DNA of 64,000 nucleotides, from positions 4,768,001 to 4,832,000 of the forward strand of contig OY970368.1 of NCBI GenBank assembly GCA_963718615.1, given 5' to 3'. A program made the position numbers and the translations under genes. Of the stretch, positions 19,424-30,071 are shown in pieces. How positions within the stretch are numbered: position 1 is the first letter of the stretch; every line of letters starts with the position of its first letter. The notes below the pieces were generated by a model, which worked only from the letters and a program-made list of their open reading frames with translations, searched no databases and was not told where the DNA came from. This DNA comes from an uncultured cyanobacterium (GTDB lineage Bacteria; Cyanobacteriota; Cyanobacteriia; PCC-9006; JAAUQQ01).

Positions 19424-21364
19424 CTACTGGGACGATGATGTTTTCTCTGGCGCTTCATACACCGGGGATTCATAGGGCGGCGGCGTCAGGGATTCACCCA
19501 CGGCACGCTGCATTTGTACCAGGGCCAAGTTGTAATTAAGGATGGCGCTGACCCGATTCCCCCTGGCCGTGGTCAGATCCCGTTCTGCATCCACGACCTC
19601 GGTTTGGGTGCCAACCCCCGCCTGGAACCGGAGACGCGCTAAGCGCAAGGCATCCTCCGCCTGGGTTACCCCCTTTTCCGAGGTAGCAATGTTGTTGAAG
19701 TTGGACTGTAAATCATAGAAGGCGTTTTCTACCTCCTGCCGGACGCCATCACGTACGTTTTCAAACTGTTCTTCAGCAATGGACTTATCCAATTCCCGCT
19801 GCCGCGCACTGGCCTTGGCGGCCCCACCATCAAAGAACTGCCACTGGAAATTGACACCTAAGGTGTAATCCAACTGGGGGCTAAACGTTCCACTCTTCGC
19901 GACGCTTTCTGTTCCTTGACGATTGGTCGTCGCGGTCCGACTAAACTGCCGACTAAACTGAAACCCTGCAGATGGACCCGCCTGGGCAAAGAGACTAACC
20001 GTGGGCTTATTTGCTGCTAAGGCAATCTCTCGCCGAGCATCGCTAATCTCTCGCTGGAGTAACTGATTGTCGAGCTCTACGCGATTTTGATAGGCCAAGA
20101 CGATGCTGTCTTGAAGCGACGTAGCCCACTGTCCAGCCACGCGCACCGGATCCGCCGCTGTGACATTGACCATTTGCTCAACGCTCAACTGTTGGGATAA
20201 GGCCCGCTGGGCTTTTTGCTGATTGCTGATATTGGTGATCAGCTGCTGCTGGGTATTGGCCAACTGCACTTCCGCCTGCAACACCGCAAACCGAGTCCCG
20301 ACCCCTGCCCGTTCTAGGGATTGGGCATCTTTTAAGCTTTGCTGAGCACTCCGAACGGATTCGCGGGCAATTTCAACCTGCTCATCGGCGTTTTGCAGGG
20401 CATAGTAGCTTTGGCTCACATCCAGACGGAGCTGGGCCAGCGCTTGATTCAAGGATAATTCTGCCTGGGCCTTTTGCTTTTCTGCGGCCCGAATAGCCGC
20501 TGCTCGACCGGGGGCTATTAAATTGTAATCGACCCGCACATTCCCACTCCCGGTCAGGTCAGCCTGCCGAGAGGTTTGATAGTCGGTGGTAGTTGGCGGT
20601 TCATTATAGATAACATCTGTACGAGACATGGTGCCGGTTTGGCGTCCCTGGGCGTTGACCGAGGCTTGGGGCGATCGCGCCGCTTTTGCTTGATCGACGG
20701 CGGCTTGGCTCTGATCAACCTGAAGCTGTTGAATCCGGATGGTGGGGTTGTTTTGACGGGCGATGGCGATCGCCTCCTCCAACGAAATCGCCTCCACCTG
20801 CTGAATCACCACATCATCCGCATTGGTGGGCCGAGTCAGATTGGGTTGCTGGTCCGTGAGCGGCGGCAAGGCCACCGGGGGGGGCGGGGCTGGAGCGGTT
20901 GAGCCATCCACCGGAGTCATCTCATCCGGGGTTGCTGGGGGCACCGGTTGGGTAGGCGAAGTTTGCGCCGGCGTGACCGGCTGCGGCGTCGTCGGTTCAC
21001 CTAAAAACTCCTGCTCCACCGGATCCGAGGTTGTGTCGATCGGAACTTGGCTGGCAGGGGGTTGAGCCACTTGGGCGACTTCGGGTTCAGCGGTTGTAGC
21101 CTGAGCCACAACTACTGGGGCTAGATCCTGGGTTTCCATCACCAAGCCTGAAACCGACTGGGCGATTTGAGAGAGCTGATTCGATGAGGCAGTGGAGGAT
21201 GGGGTGGGAGCAGCAACATCTTGCGTTTCCTCAGCTTCCACTTCAACCGCAGGCGCGGATTCCACCGTTGCCTGGGCTCGAACGATCGGTGGGAGCACCG
21301 CTGCCTCACCCAAAGAAACCGCAGCCCCAAGACCCAGAGCTGTTAGATAATGAAAAGCTTTCAT
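19424..21364 (-). CDS. tolC: TolC-family outer membrane protein with a long Pro/Thr-rich N-terminus
   Basis: ERAGVGTRFAVLQAEV and ARLRFQAGVGTQTEVVDAE OEP repeats. Confidence 0.92.
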   Translation of the reverse strand: MKAFHYLTALGLGAAVSLGEAAVLPPIVRAQATVESAPAVEVEAEETQDVAAPTPSSTASSNQLSQIAQSVSGLVMETQDLAPVVVAQATTAEPEVAQVAQPPASQVPIDTTSDPVEQEFLGEPTTPQPVTPAQTSPTQPVPPATPDEMTPVDGSTAPAPPPPVALPPLTDQQPNLTRPTNADDVVIQQVEAISLEEAIAIARQNNPTIRIQQLQVDQSQAAVDQAKAARSPQASVNAQGRQTGTMSRTDVIYNEPPTTTDYQTSRQADLTGSGNVRVDYNLIAPGRAAAIRAAEKQKAQAELSLNQALAQLRLDVSQSYYALQNADEQVEIARESVRSAQQSLKDAQSLERAGVGTRFAVLQAEVQLANTQQQLITNISNQQKAQRALSQQLSVEQMVNVTAADPVRVAGQWATSLQDSIVLAYQNRVELDNQLLQREISDARREIALAANKPTVSLFAQAGPSAGFQFSRQFSRTATTNRQGTESVAKSGTFSPQLDYTLGVNFQWQFFDGGAAKASARQRELDKSIAEEQFENVRDGVRQEVENAFYDLQSNFNNIATSEKGVTQAEDALRLARLRFQAGVGTQTEVVDAERDLTTARGNRVSAILNYNLALVQMQRAVGESLTPPPYESPVYEAPEKTSSSQ

Positions 21365-21553
21365 AGTCCAGTAGAAATACGACGAGCAGGCTTAATCGGC
21401 AAAAAAGGGACCTAGACCGGTAAACATTCTATGCCATCCCTCTTTATTCAAGGGATAATCCACTGGATCTGCACGATTATGCTGAGCATATGTAAGGTTT
21501 GCGACAAGGTTTAGCGGATCAGCGAAGACAAAAGAAAGGGGCTTTTTCTCAAG

Positions 21554-23038
21554 CTATGGGACGAGACAGGGAGATCCGTCGTCTTGTAGGCAAGCCGCGA
21601 GGAGGCCCTCAAGACCTTGAGCCACACGAATGGGGGTATTCAGCGCAAGCGCCACATCTTCAATGCGCAGATCATCCAGAAAACAGGTGTCACCCTGTTT
21701 CAGCATGACGGAGGGAAGAATTAAGGCATCGCCCAGGGATTCTCCCGCCAGACCTTGTATTAAGTCTTCCCCGGTTAATAATCCAGTTACCGTTAGCGAT
21801 TGGCCCCAATACTGACTGGCTAAGCCTTTGAGCTTAATTTCTAGACCTTGGACCGAATTGAGACGGTCTTGCAGGGGCTGAAAGGCTTTTTCGACCACAT
21901 TGCCCACAACCCAGGTAAACCTGCGGGGCTGCGGCAGGGCTGGAGGAAGCTGCTGGGCGGCGGCTTGAAACTGCTCGATAAAGGCGCGAATCGAGCCCAC
22001 ACCATTTTCGAGCTGGGGGTAATCTTCGTAGTCGGCGGTGGAGGGCAGGTCGCGCCCCGCAATCAAAAACCATTCGTCGGCCAACCAGGCAAACCGGGAG
22101 CCCAGCTGCGTCTGAAAGTCTTGCTGAAGGGATTGCACTAACGCGATGACGGCATCGGCATCGGCAGGGTCCACGGGGCGCAGCTCATCCTGGTCTGGCC
22201 GGAACCGCGTTAGGCCGACGGGCACCACCGCTGCGGAAAGAACGGCGGCGTTGTCGGGGTCGGTGTGAAACTGCGCCAGATCGAGCAGGGTACGGCGGAG
22301 GTGCTCACCATCATTGATACCGGGACAGACGACCACTTGGGCGTGGATTTGCAATTGACGATCCTGAAACCACTGGAGCTGGTTAAGGATTTGCCCTGCT
22401 CGTTCATTTTTGAGCAATCGACGCCGAATCTCGGGCTCGGTGGCATGGACTGAAACAAATAGCGGCGAGAGCCGCAGCCGCTCGATGCGGTCCCATTCTC
22501 GTTGGGAGAGATTGGTTAGCGTCAAATAGGAGCCGTAGAGAAAGCTGAGGCGATAGTCGTCGTCTTTGAGATACAGGGTTTCCCGTTTGCCGGGTGGCTG
22601 CTGGTCAATGAAACAAAAGGGACAGCGATTATTGCACTGGATCAGCCCATCAAACAGGGCGCTGGCAAATTCGAGGCCGAGGTCGTCATCGTAGTCTTTT
22701 TCGATTTCGACGTGATGGGATTGACCTTGGCGATCGATCACTTCCAGTTCCAGCCATTCATCCGCACAGAGAAAGCGATAGTCGATCAGGTCGCGGGGAT
22801 ATTCGCCGTTGATGGAGAGGATGCGATCGCCCACCTCAAAGCCAATCTCCTCCGCAATCGATCCGGGTACGACCCGAGTAATTTGGGCGGGTTGAACGGT
22901 GCTGGGCGGCATTACGGGCAGCTCGTAGGCCTTTCCGGGAACGGTTTCGGTCGTCGTTCCAGTGGTGCTAGGTCCAGTAGTGCTAGGTCCAGTGGTGGAT
23001 ATCCCCATAAAAAACGCGGGCTTAGGATCACGGTGCAT
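21554..23038 (-). CDS. TIGR03279-family PDZ/radical SAM-like Fe-S protein (true start may be 23008 or 22912)
   Basis: PDZ-like GSIAEEIG, CNNRCPFCFIDQQP (CxxxCxxC), KDDDYRLSFLYGSYLTLTN and QLENGVG. Confidence 0.9.
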   Translation of the reverse strand: MHRDPKPAFFMGISTTGPSTTGPSTTGTTTETVPGKAYELPVMPPSTVQPAQITRVVPGSIAEEIGFEVGDRILSINGEYPRDLIDYRFLCADEWLELEVIDRQGQSHHVEIEKDYDDDLGLEFASALFDGLIQCNNRCPFCFIDQQPPGKRETLYLKDDDYRLSFLYGSYLTLTNLSQREWDRIERLRLSPLFVSVHATEPEIRRRLLKNERAGQILNQLQWFQDRQLQIHAQVVVCPGINDGEHLRRTLLDLAQFHTDPDNAAVLSAAVVPVGLTRFRPDQDELRPVDPADADAVIALVQSLQQDFQTQLGSRFAWLADEWFLIAGRDLPSTADYEDYPQLENGVGSIRAFIEQFQAAAQQLPPALPQPRRFTWVVGNVVEKAFQPLQDRLNSVQGLEIKLKGLASQYWGQSLTVTGLLTGEDLIQGLAGESLGDALILPSVMLKQGDTCFLDDLRIEDVALALNTPIRVAQGLEGLLAACLQDDGSPCLVP

Positions 23039-23093
23039 TCCTCTATCCTAAGCCCCTCTCAGCCCCGCTTCTTAGCATTGAGTCGCCAACCGC

Positions 23094-23960
23094 TTAAGCC
23101 TTGAGCAGTCCCCCGCCGATCGCCGCCAGCAGTGCTGCCCCGAGGGCCAAGCGGTACCAAACAAACACCCAACTGCTGTTTTGTCGCAGAAATTTGAGCA
23201 ACCAGGCGATCGACAGATAGGAAAATACAAAGGCTGAGGCGGTCCCCACTAGCAATGGAACCAGCATGCTGCCATGGTTTAAGGCATCTTTGGCCTGAAC
23301 TAAAGTGGCGATGGTCAGTGTCGGAATGCCAAGCAGAAAGGAAAACCGGGCCGCCGTATCGCGCTTGAGCCCTAGAAAAAGTGCTGTTGTGAGCGTGGAG
23401 CCGGAGCGGGATGCCCCCGGCAAGAGGGCCAGCATTTGGCCGAAACCCACCAAAACCCCATCGGAAATTTTCAGCTGGTCAAAATCGCGCAGGCGGCGAC
23501 CGTAGCGCTCCGCCAAGCCCAGCAACACCGCCATGACGAGAGACATCACCGCAATGATGGAGGCCCGATCCACATCAACATTGAGCAGCTTAAGGACTAA
23601 TCCCCCGGCTAGGGCGGGCACCGTACCGATGGCAATGCCAATAAAAATTTTCCATTCTTCTCGCTGCCAATCCCGGTCTCGAAAAGCCGACCAGGCTCCC
23701 CCAAAAATAGTTTTGAGGTCTTGGCGGAAATAGCCGATCACCGCCAGAACACTGCCAAACTGAATAGCATCGGTGGCAGCTTTATCCCAGGTGTCTTTCC
23801 ATCCCAAAATATCGGAGAAAATTAGAAGATGCGCCGTGCTGCTAATCGGCAAGAATTCCGTAATCCCCTGGACTAAACCCAGAATAATGGCTTGAAACCA
23901 TTGGGTTGGTGCGCCAGTTACTGCGCAGGTCCAGGCCACAGGGGGCAACAACCCACTCAT
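23094..23960 (-). CDS. uppP: Undecaprenyl-diphosphate phosphatase
   Basis: LGLVQGITEFLPISSTAHL, PGASRSGST and AARFSFLL motifs. Confidence 0.96.
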   Translation of the reverse strand: MSGLLPPVAWTCAVTGAPTQWFQAIILGLVQGITEFLPISSTAHLLIFSDILGWKDTWDKAATDAIQFGSVLAVIGYFRQDLKTIFGGAWSAFRDRDWQREEWKIFIGIAIGTVPALAGGLVLKLLNVDVDRASIIAVMSLVMAVLLGLAERYGRRLRDFDQLKISDGVLVGFGQMLALLPGASRSGSTLTTALFLGLKRDTAARFSFLLGIPTLTIATLVQAKDALNHGSMLVPLLVGTASAFVFSYLSIAWLLKFLRQNSSWVFVWYRLALGAALLAAIGGGLLKA

Positions 23961-24036
23961 CTTGTTCTCCTTAGTTATGCAAATTCGTCCGGTTAACCCA
24001 CCAATCTTAGAGCGCGATCGCCTTAATGAAACACGC

Positions 24037-26454
24037 CTAAATCAAGCATGCCCGCAAGACCTTATCCACTCGCTGCTGCTCCGCCACCAGGGACTGCAAA
24101 AGCCAAGTGAAGTGAGTGAAATTCACCGTTTCTGGATGGTCGTGACCCGATTGGGCGAGGGCTTCCAACTGCTGACAAAGGCCAGCTAGCCGCTGGGCTC
24201 CCAGGGTCGTGCAAGCGGGACCTAGGCTATGGCCCAAATCCGCTAACTGTAACCAAGCTTGAGCCTTGAGGGCCGCCTGCATCGCCTCAATTTGCTGCTC
24301 GGCCTCCTCTAAAAAGGTGTGGATGAGGTCTTCTAGAAAGCACGAATCCTGATCCGACCAGGTTTGAATATCTTGAAGGGCAGTCAGATCAAGGGTTAAG
24401 GCCGCCGGATCGAGCATAAAAGGCGCAGGAATCAAGGGCAGGGTAAAGTGAAATCGAGTCCCTGGACTGGCCATAGCCACCTGCCAGCCGGGAGGGGGAT
24501 TGCCGCCAATTTGGCCATCGCTTTCGAACCAAATTTGCCCTCCCATGAGCTGGGTCAGGCGATCGCAAATCGCTAGCCCCAATCCCGTACCGCCGTAGCG
24601 TCGAGTAATCGAGCGATTGGCTTGGCTAAAGGGCTGAAACAGGTGGGCGATCGCCGCCGCCTCAATGCCAATTCCCGTATCTTCTACCGTAACGTGTAAA
24701 TAGCGTCCTGCTTGGGGTCCCGCTTGTCCTTGACCCCCTTGCACCCGTACCGTCACGCTGCCCTCTTCGGTGAATTTGATGGCATTGCTGATCAAATTGC
24801 AGAGAATCTGCCGGACGCGAGTCACGTCTGCCAGCAGGGTCACCGGAATCTCGATCTCTAGAACCGCACCGAGTTTGAGGCCCTTGTCTTTGGCTATGGG
24901 CTCAAACAAACCCAGGAGTTCGTATAGGATCTGGGGGAGATCGAAGGGCTGGAGTTCAAGACTGATTTTGTGGGATTCAATTTTGGAAAAGTCCAGCAAA
25001 TCGTTCAGAATCGTCAATAAATCTTCCCCCCCTGACCGAATTGCCTCGGCATGGGTGCGTTGTTCTGCGCCCAGGGGGCCATCGAGCAGCAGACTGGTCA
25101 TGCCAATCACGGCATTGAGGGGGGTGCGGATTTCATGGCTCATGATCGCCAAAAATTCGCTTTTGGCTTGGTTAGCTGCTTGGGCCTCTTGGGTCGCTTG
25201 GCGCAGGGCAATTTCGGCGCGGTGGCGATCGCTAATATCCTCAGCAATCCCCGCGATCCGATAAACCTGACCCGCTTCGTCCAAAACCGGAAAGCCCCGA
25301 GAGCAAATCCAGCGAATTTCACCATCGGGACGAATAATTCGATAGGTCAAATCGATACTCAACCCCGCCGTGCGCCGCCGCAAAATTTCGGCTTCAACCC
25401 GCTCCTTATCCTCGGGATGAACACTGCCCAGCCAAATATCGGGATTTTCGTAGAGGGTTTGATGGGGCACGCCCCAAATGTCTTCGTAGGCCGGACTGAT
25501 ATACAGCAGTTGATAGGGCTGGGCCTGATAGATAAAAAAAACTTGGTTGAGATTGGCCGCGAGCTGTTGAAACCGCTCCTCGCTTTCCCGTAGGGCTGCT
25601 TCTGCCAGTTTGCGATCGTGAATGTCCTGCACCACACAGATGGTATAGAGCGGAATGCGGCTGGGATCCCGAATCAGAGAAACCGTCGCGGTAATCCAAC
25701 GGAAATCCCCTTGGGACCGAATCAAACGCTTTTCCTGGGTAAAGCCAGCCCGTTCTCCAGCCAGCATTTCCCCATTGACCCCAGTGAGTTCCGCCGCCAC
25801 ATCCTCTGGATGAAAGAGGTCTTGCCAGCGCATCTGCATCAGCTCGTTTTCTGCATAGCCTGCAATCTCGCAAAACCGCTGATTGACCTGGAGATAGCGC
25901 CCGGAGCAGGCATCGGTCATGGTAATCCCCACGGCGGCTTGGTCAAAGATCGACCGATAGCGGGCCTCACTATCTTCCAAGGCTCGGACGAGGAGCTGCT
26001 GCCGGGTATAGGTAACGGCATTGATGCCGGAGAGCGGAAAGGCTTCGACGGTTTCTAGCAAAAAAGCTTGGATCGAGGCAACGCGCACCACGCCTAGGGG
26101 CTTTTGCTCCCAGTCCAGCACCGGCAAGCAGAGAAACTGCCCGCGCTCAAACCGATCTAGGAGTGACCAGGGTTTTTGGCAATCGCTAGGTGTTAAACAA
26201 GGTAGGTCAAATTGGGCCACGTCTGCTAAGTATATCTCGGTCGGATTGCTCTCCCTGCCCGATATCGCTTGGGTTGCCAAGGCCCGCAGAATGTCCCGAT
26301 GGGTACAAACCCCCAGCTTTCCTAGGATTTCGGAACGCACCAAAATACAATCTTCAGCAATTTCATTGAGAATGGCGATCGCCTCTGCCAGGGACTGATG
26401 GTCAGACAAAATCGGGGGACAGGGGCAAAGAATTCGCTGCAGAGAAATTTGCAT
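24037..26454 (-). CDS. Sensor histidine kinase: CBS-PAS/PAC-PAS/PAC-HisKA-HATPase-Hpt
   Basis: Two PAS/PAC units (DIHDRK, DISDRH), MSHEIRTPLN, NLISNAIKFT, DTGIGI, GGTGLGL; C-terminal Hpt-like LGHSLGPACTTLGA. Confidence 0.92.
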   Translation of the reverse strand: MQISLQRILCPCPPILSDHQSLAEAIAILNEIAEDCILVRSEILGKLGVCTHRDILRALATQAISGRESNPTEIYLADVAQFDLPCLTPSDCQKPWSLLDRFERGQFLCLPVLDWEQKPLGVVRVASIQAFLLETVEAFPLSGINAVTYTRQQLLVRALEDSEARYRSIFDQAAVGITMTDACSGRYLQVNQRFCEIAGYAENELMQMRWQDLFHPEDVAAELTGVNGEMLAGERAGFTQEKRLIRSQGDFRWITATVSLIRDPSRIPLYTICVVQDIHDRKLAEAALRESEERFQQLAANLNQVFFIYQAQPYQLLYISPAYEDIWGVPHQTLYENPDIWLGSVHPEDKERVEAEILRRRTAGLSIDLTYRIIRPDGEIRWICSRGFPVLDEAGQVYRIAGIAEDISDRHRAEIALRQATQEAQAANQAKSEFLAIMSHEIRTPLNAVIGMTSLLLDGPLGAEQRTHAEAIRSGGEDLLTILNDLLDFSKIESHKISLELQPFDLPQILYELLGLFEPIAKDKGLKLGAVLEIEIPVTLLADVTRVRQILCNLISNAIKFTEEGSVTVRVQGGQGQAGPQAGRYLHVTVEDTGIGIEAAAIAHLFQPFSQANRSITRRYGGTGLGLAICDRLTQLMGGQIWFESDGQIGGNPPPGWQVAMASPGTRFHFTLPLIPAPFMLDPAALTLDLTALQDIQTWSDQDSCFLEDLIHTFLEEAEQQIEAMQAALKAQAWLQLADLGHSLGPACTTLGAQRLAGLCQQLEALAQSGHDHPETVNFTHFTWLLQSLVAEQQRVDKVLRACLI

Positions 26455-26664
26455 AGGTTACAAAGGCACACCCGAAGCAGCTATTTTATCCCGTTCTACC
26501 TAGTTTATACCGTTCCACCTAGTCTTTTAGCATAGAGCGCCCCTTGCCATGACTGGGTTTAGGATGAACAGTTCTGAAACAGGGGGTCCCAAGATGGAGG
26601 TTAAAGCATAGGTTGATTCCGTAAAACTCTTTAAGTACAAATGAACTATAATTAATTTATTCCT

Positions 26665-27792
26665 TTGCTCAACTGGATGCCTCCGATGAATCAGTCTTTG
26701 CCTGTTGCGGTTTTAGCTGCCCCAAATTCAGCCGCTCCAAATTTAGCTGCTCCAAATTCAGTCGCTCTAAATTCGGCATCCTCGTTCTGGGTTCGTTGTG
26801 TTCAGGGGTTAACCCATCATGTCAAGCAGCTCTGCCGGCGGGTGTCGCTCTTCGGTGTGGCGGGACTGGCCAGTGTTGCGATTGGCTCCCGGTCTCCGGT
26901 GCAAGCGGCGGAGAGTCTCGCCCTGTCCTTTGATTTGCCTGTGACGGCGGCCAAGGTTGAACCCCAAGCGCCCCCTGTCGGTGTTGAGCAAGCATCTACG
27001 CGCAAGCAGCACCCCTTAAATCCGATTCCAGAGGTTTGGTGGCATCAAGGGAGCGCTTCGCCCATTGCGATCGCCATCGGTTGCGCAGAGGGAACACGGC
27101 AGGCCAATGGGGAAAAAACAGCGGCCTATTACTGGCACGCGGACCCTGGCAATGGGGCCGATAATTTCGGAACATTTAGCTATCAGCATTTACCGGCGGC
27201 GCTCAAGTATCCGGTGCAACGCCAAACCCAAACCCAGGCGAAGCGGGAGGCCGCAGCCCTGGCCCAGTTGCCCGAAATCGCCGATGGCGAACAGCTCAAA
27301 CGCCTACGACAGTTTCAGTCGCAACTACAAGCCCAGGCCCAGCAGCACAATCTGGCTTTAACTCAGCTAGAGTTGCTCAATGGTCTGGACCTCGCCAATC
27401 AAAGCGAAGCCGCCGCGCTTTCGATCCAGGGCTATGTGGATCGCCTCGCCCAAATGAAACATCTCAGCCTTGACCCCCTGGAGCAAATTCGCGAAGCTCG
27501 GGTCTGGTCCTACTGGCACCCTGACCGGCAAGACTGGGATGCCCCCGGTTTGGGCAATACCTATGAGGATATTCGGCGGGACCAGGTTCGTCGTCTGGAG
27601 GCCATTCAAGCGGCGATCGCCTCCTATAAAGCTCAACCGGAAACTCAAACCCAACCGGAAACGGTTGCCCAAAAAACTGATGTGAAACAGCCTGCCGTGA
27701 AACAGCCTTTAACAGAAGAATTTCGCGTTTCTCAAAGGGTCTCCAGCCATCGGAGTCCGGAGGCGATCGCAGACCAAATCATTTTCTTCTAA
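26665..27792 (+). CDS. Hypothetical envelope protein with an AEGT/DPGN/GTFSYQH domain, possibly lysozyme-like
   Basis: Hydrophobic segment near residues 60-80, then AIGCAEGTR...YYWHADPGNGADNFGTFSYQH and DLANQS, WDAPGLGN, DQVRR. Confidence 0.7.
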   Translation: MLNWMPPMNQSLPVAVLAAPNSAAPNLAAPNSVALNSASSFWVRCVQGLTHHVKQLCRRVSLFGVAGLASVAIGSRSPVQAAESLALSFDLPVTAAKVEPQAPPVGVEQASTRKQHPLNPIPEVWWHQGSASPIAIAIGCAEGTRQANGEKTAAYYWHADPGNGADNFGTFSYQHLPAALKYPVQRQTQTQAKREAAALAQLPEIADGEQLKRLRQFQSQLQAQAQQHNLALTQLELLNGLDLANQSEAAALSIQGYVDRLAQMKHLSLDPLEQIREARVWSYWHPDRQDWDAPGLGNTYEDIRRDQVRRLEAIQAAIASYKAQPETQTQPETVAQKTDVKQPAVKQPLTEEFRVSQRVSSHRSPEAIADQIIFF

Positions 27793-27801
27793 CGACGGCT
27801 C

Positions 27802-30021
27802 TTAACGACGGCCCAGGGGTTGATAGTCATCGGCATAGTCGCTGCTATAGGCGGCCTCAAACTCATCATCTTCGAGCACATCCAAGTCGCCAAACTCGTC
27901 TTCAATCGTGGTTTCCTGCACCGTAATATCTGCGCCATTGATGACCACACCAAAGAAGGGAATTTGGGCCTCGCTAATCATTTCCAGCGCCTCGTTCAGC
28001 ATGCTTTCTTGGGTCTGGCCAGGGCGCGTCACCACCATAAAGCCGTCAACGGAGGGCTCCATTAACAGCGCGTCGTTGTACCGCAAAATCGACGGCGTAT
28101 CGATGACCACAAAATCAAAGCGACCGCGACAGTCATCGAGTAAGCGTTTCATCTCGCTGGATTCGAGAATGGCAGCGGGTTGGCGTTGCGGACCCGTACT
28201 GGGAACGATATAGAGATTTTCTAGACTGGGGACCAGCCGAATACAGTCGCTAGGGCTACCGTAATATTGCAGCGGCTCTAGGGTCGCTCCCAGGTCAGGG
28301 GCTACGCCCAGGCATTCGATCAGCGAGGATTTGCGCAGATCGGCTTCTACGAGAACGGTACGTTTACCGGCACGGGCGGAGGCGATCGCCAAGTTGTAGG
28401 CACAATGGGTCTTGCCTTCGCTCTGTCCAGCGCTAGTCACCAGAATCACCTTCGCTCCCTTACCGCCCATGCGTCTGAGATTACCCCGCAGTCGTTCATA
28501 GGCATTGAGATAGGGCGAGCCTTCTTCGGTAATCAACGAAACACCGCGATCGTCCTGGAGCAAGGGCGGTGGCAACAGGGCTTCGTCGATTAAGGGCAGC
28601 ATTTCCAGCAGGGGTGCCGTCTGCTGACGCAGGGCATTTTGCAGCTCTTCCTTGGTGTAGTAACGCCCTTCGAGGGTGCTCATTAAGAAGACTAAGGCTC
28701 CCCCCACAATGAGACCCGCTCCAGCACCGCCTAGCATCAACACCACAGGGCTGAGGGGACCCGAAACCTCCAACGGTTCGACGCCAGCCGGACGCTCAAT
28801 CCGCAAACTGGTTGAGGTTTCTGCTTCTGCGGCCTGGGCATCAATCAGGGCTGCTTGGACGCGATCGAAGAGGGCTTTTTTGAGGGCAACCCGCTGGGCC
28901 AGTCGCTGTTGTTCGAGCTGCTTGTTGGGAATCGTGGCATATTCCTGCCGCAGTTGCTGCTCAGTTTGAAGGGCCGCTTGAACCTGTTGTTGCAGCGTAT
29001 CTCGCTGGGTTTGCAGGCTCACGAGCGTATTGGCCAATTGCTGACGGGTGGGGTCGAGGCTACTCCGCTGCCGTAGTTCCGACATGGCTCCTGCTGTGGC
29101 GAGGGGGGCCGCAATGCCATTGCCCCCCAATACTTCTTGGGCGCGCTCGTTGAGTAGGGTTTTATAGGAATCCAGTTGATTTTGCAAAGCGATGACATCG
29201 GGGTGTTCGCCGCGTAAATCCCGGCGTAAAATTTCAAGCTGCGATTCGGCTTGGTAAATCTGGGCTCGCAGATTGGCGATGATCGGATCTGCGCTCAGGG
29301 CCGATGACACATAGGCTTGGTCCGCACTCAGACCCAAACGCCCTTCCAAGCTGCGAATTTGGGCATTGACCCCTTCGAGGGTGAGGCGGATTTGACGCTG
29401 TTGTTCTTTGGCTCCGGCGATCGCCCCCACCAAACTCCCCGTCCGCGCCGACAAAATATCCGCTTCCTCCCGCCGATTGTAAACCTCTAGCTCCTGCTCG
29501 GCGGCGCGCAGTTCTTCGGTAATGCTGGGTAACCGTTTGCTAATTTCTTCAATCCGAGCCCGCAACCGCGCTGAGTTAATCAGTTGGCTCTGCTGCACCA
29601 TGCCCTGCATCAGGGCCAGCACGACGGTTTTAGCCTCTTCCTCGTTGCCGCTGACGTAGTTAATCCCTATCAAAAAGGGGGTTTTGAGCGTTTCGTCTGC
29701 CTGCTGTACCGAAACCTGAAGCTTCTCTGCCATCATCTCTGGCTTGAGACCGGCTTGGCGTGCTGTCGCCTCAATGACATTATCCGCCAGCAACATCTCG
29801 CGGGTGATCACCTGCCCCGCCTGTTGAATTTGGCTGCCGGTCTCCGAAAAAAGCGCCGCTGGTTGATTGAGCGTCAGCGCCCCTTGGCCTCGATACTGGG
29901 GAGCCGGTGCCGTTTGCGTCAGGCTGATTAGCCCTGCGGCGGTGGTGGTGGCAGCCACACTCACCAAGGGAATCCATTTGTATTTGCCGAGGGCAATCAG
30001 GTAGCGCTTTAGAAAAGACAT
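27802..30021 (-). CDS. wzc: Wzc/GumC-type polysaccharide chain-length determinant and BY-kinase
   Basis: Two TMs flanking a coiled coil; VTSAGQSEGKT Walker A, VEADLR, VVIDTP; Tyr-containing acidic tail. Confidence 0.9.
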   Translation of the reverse strand: MSFLKRYLIALGKYKWIPLVSVAATTTAAGLISLTQTAPAPQYRGQGALTLNQPAALFSETGSQIQQAGQVITREMLLADNVIEATARQAGLKPEMMAEKLQVSVQQADETLKTPFLIGINYVSGNEEEAKTVVLALMQGMVQQSQLINSARLRARIEEISKRLPSITEELRAAEQELEVYNRREEADILSARTGSLVGAIAGAKEQQRQIRLTLEGVNAQIRSLEGRLGLSADQAYVSSALSADPIIANLRAQIYQAESQLEILRRDLRGEHPDVIALQNQLDSYKTLLNERAQEVLGGNGIAAPLATAGAMSELRQRSSLDPTRQQLANTLVSLQTQRDTLQQQVQAALQTEQQLRQEYATIPNKQLEQQRLAQRVALKKALFDRVQAALIDAQAAEAETSTSLRIERPAGVEPLEVSGPLSPVVLMLGGAGAGLIVGGALVFLMSTLEGRYYTKEELQNALRQQTAPLLEMLPLIDEALLPPPLLQDDRGVSLITEEGSPYLNAYERLRGNLRRMGGKGAKVILVTSAGQSEGKTHCAYNLAIASARAGKRTVLVEADLRKSSLIECLGVAPDLGATLEPLQYYGSPSDCIRLVPSLENLYIVPSTGPQRQPAAILESSEMKRLLDDCRGRFDFVVIDTPSILRYNDALLMEPSVDGFMVVTRPGQTQESMLNEALEMISEAQIPFFGVVINGADITVQETTIEDEFGDLDVLEDDEFEAAYSSDYADDYQPLGRR

Positions 30022-30071
30022 GGCAGAGGGCTTAAAGGGCTCAAAGGGCTCAGAAACAAGGCGTAGAAAAC

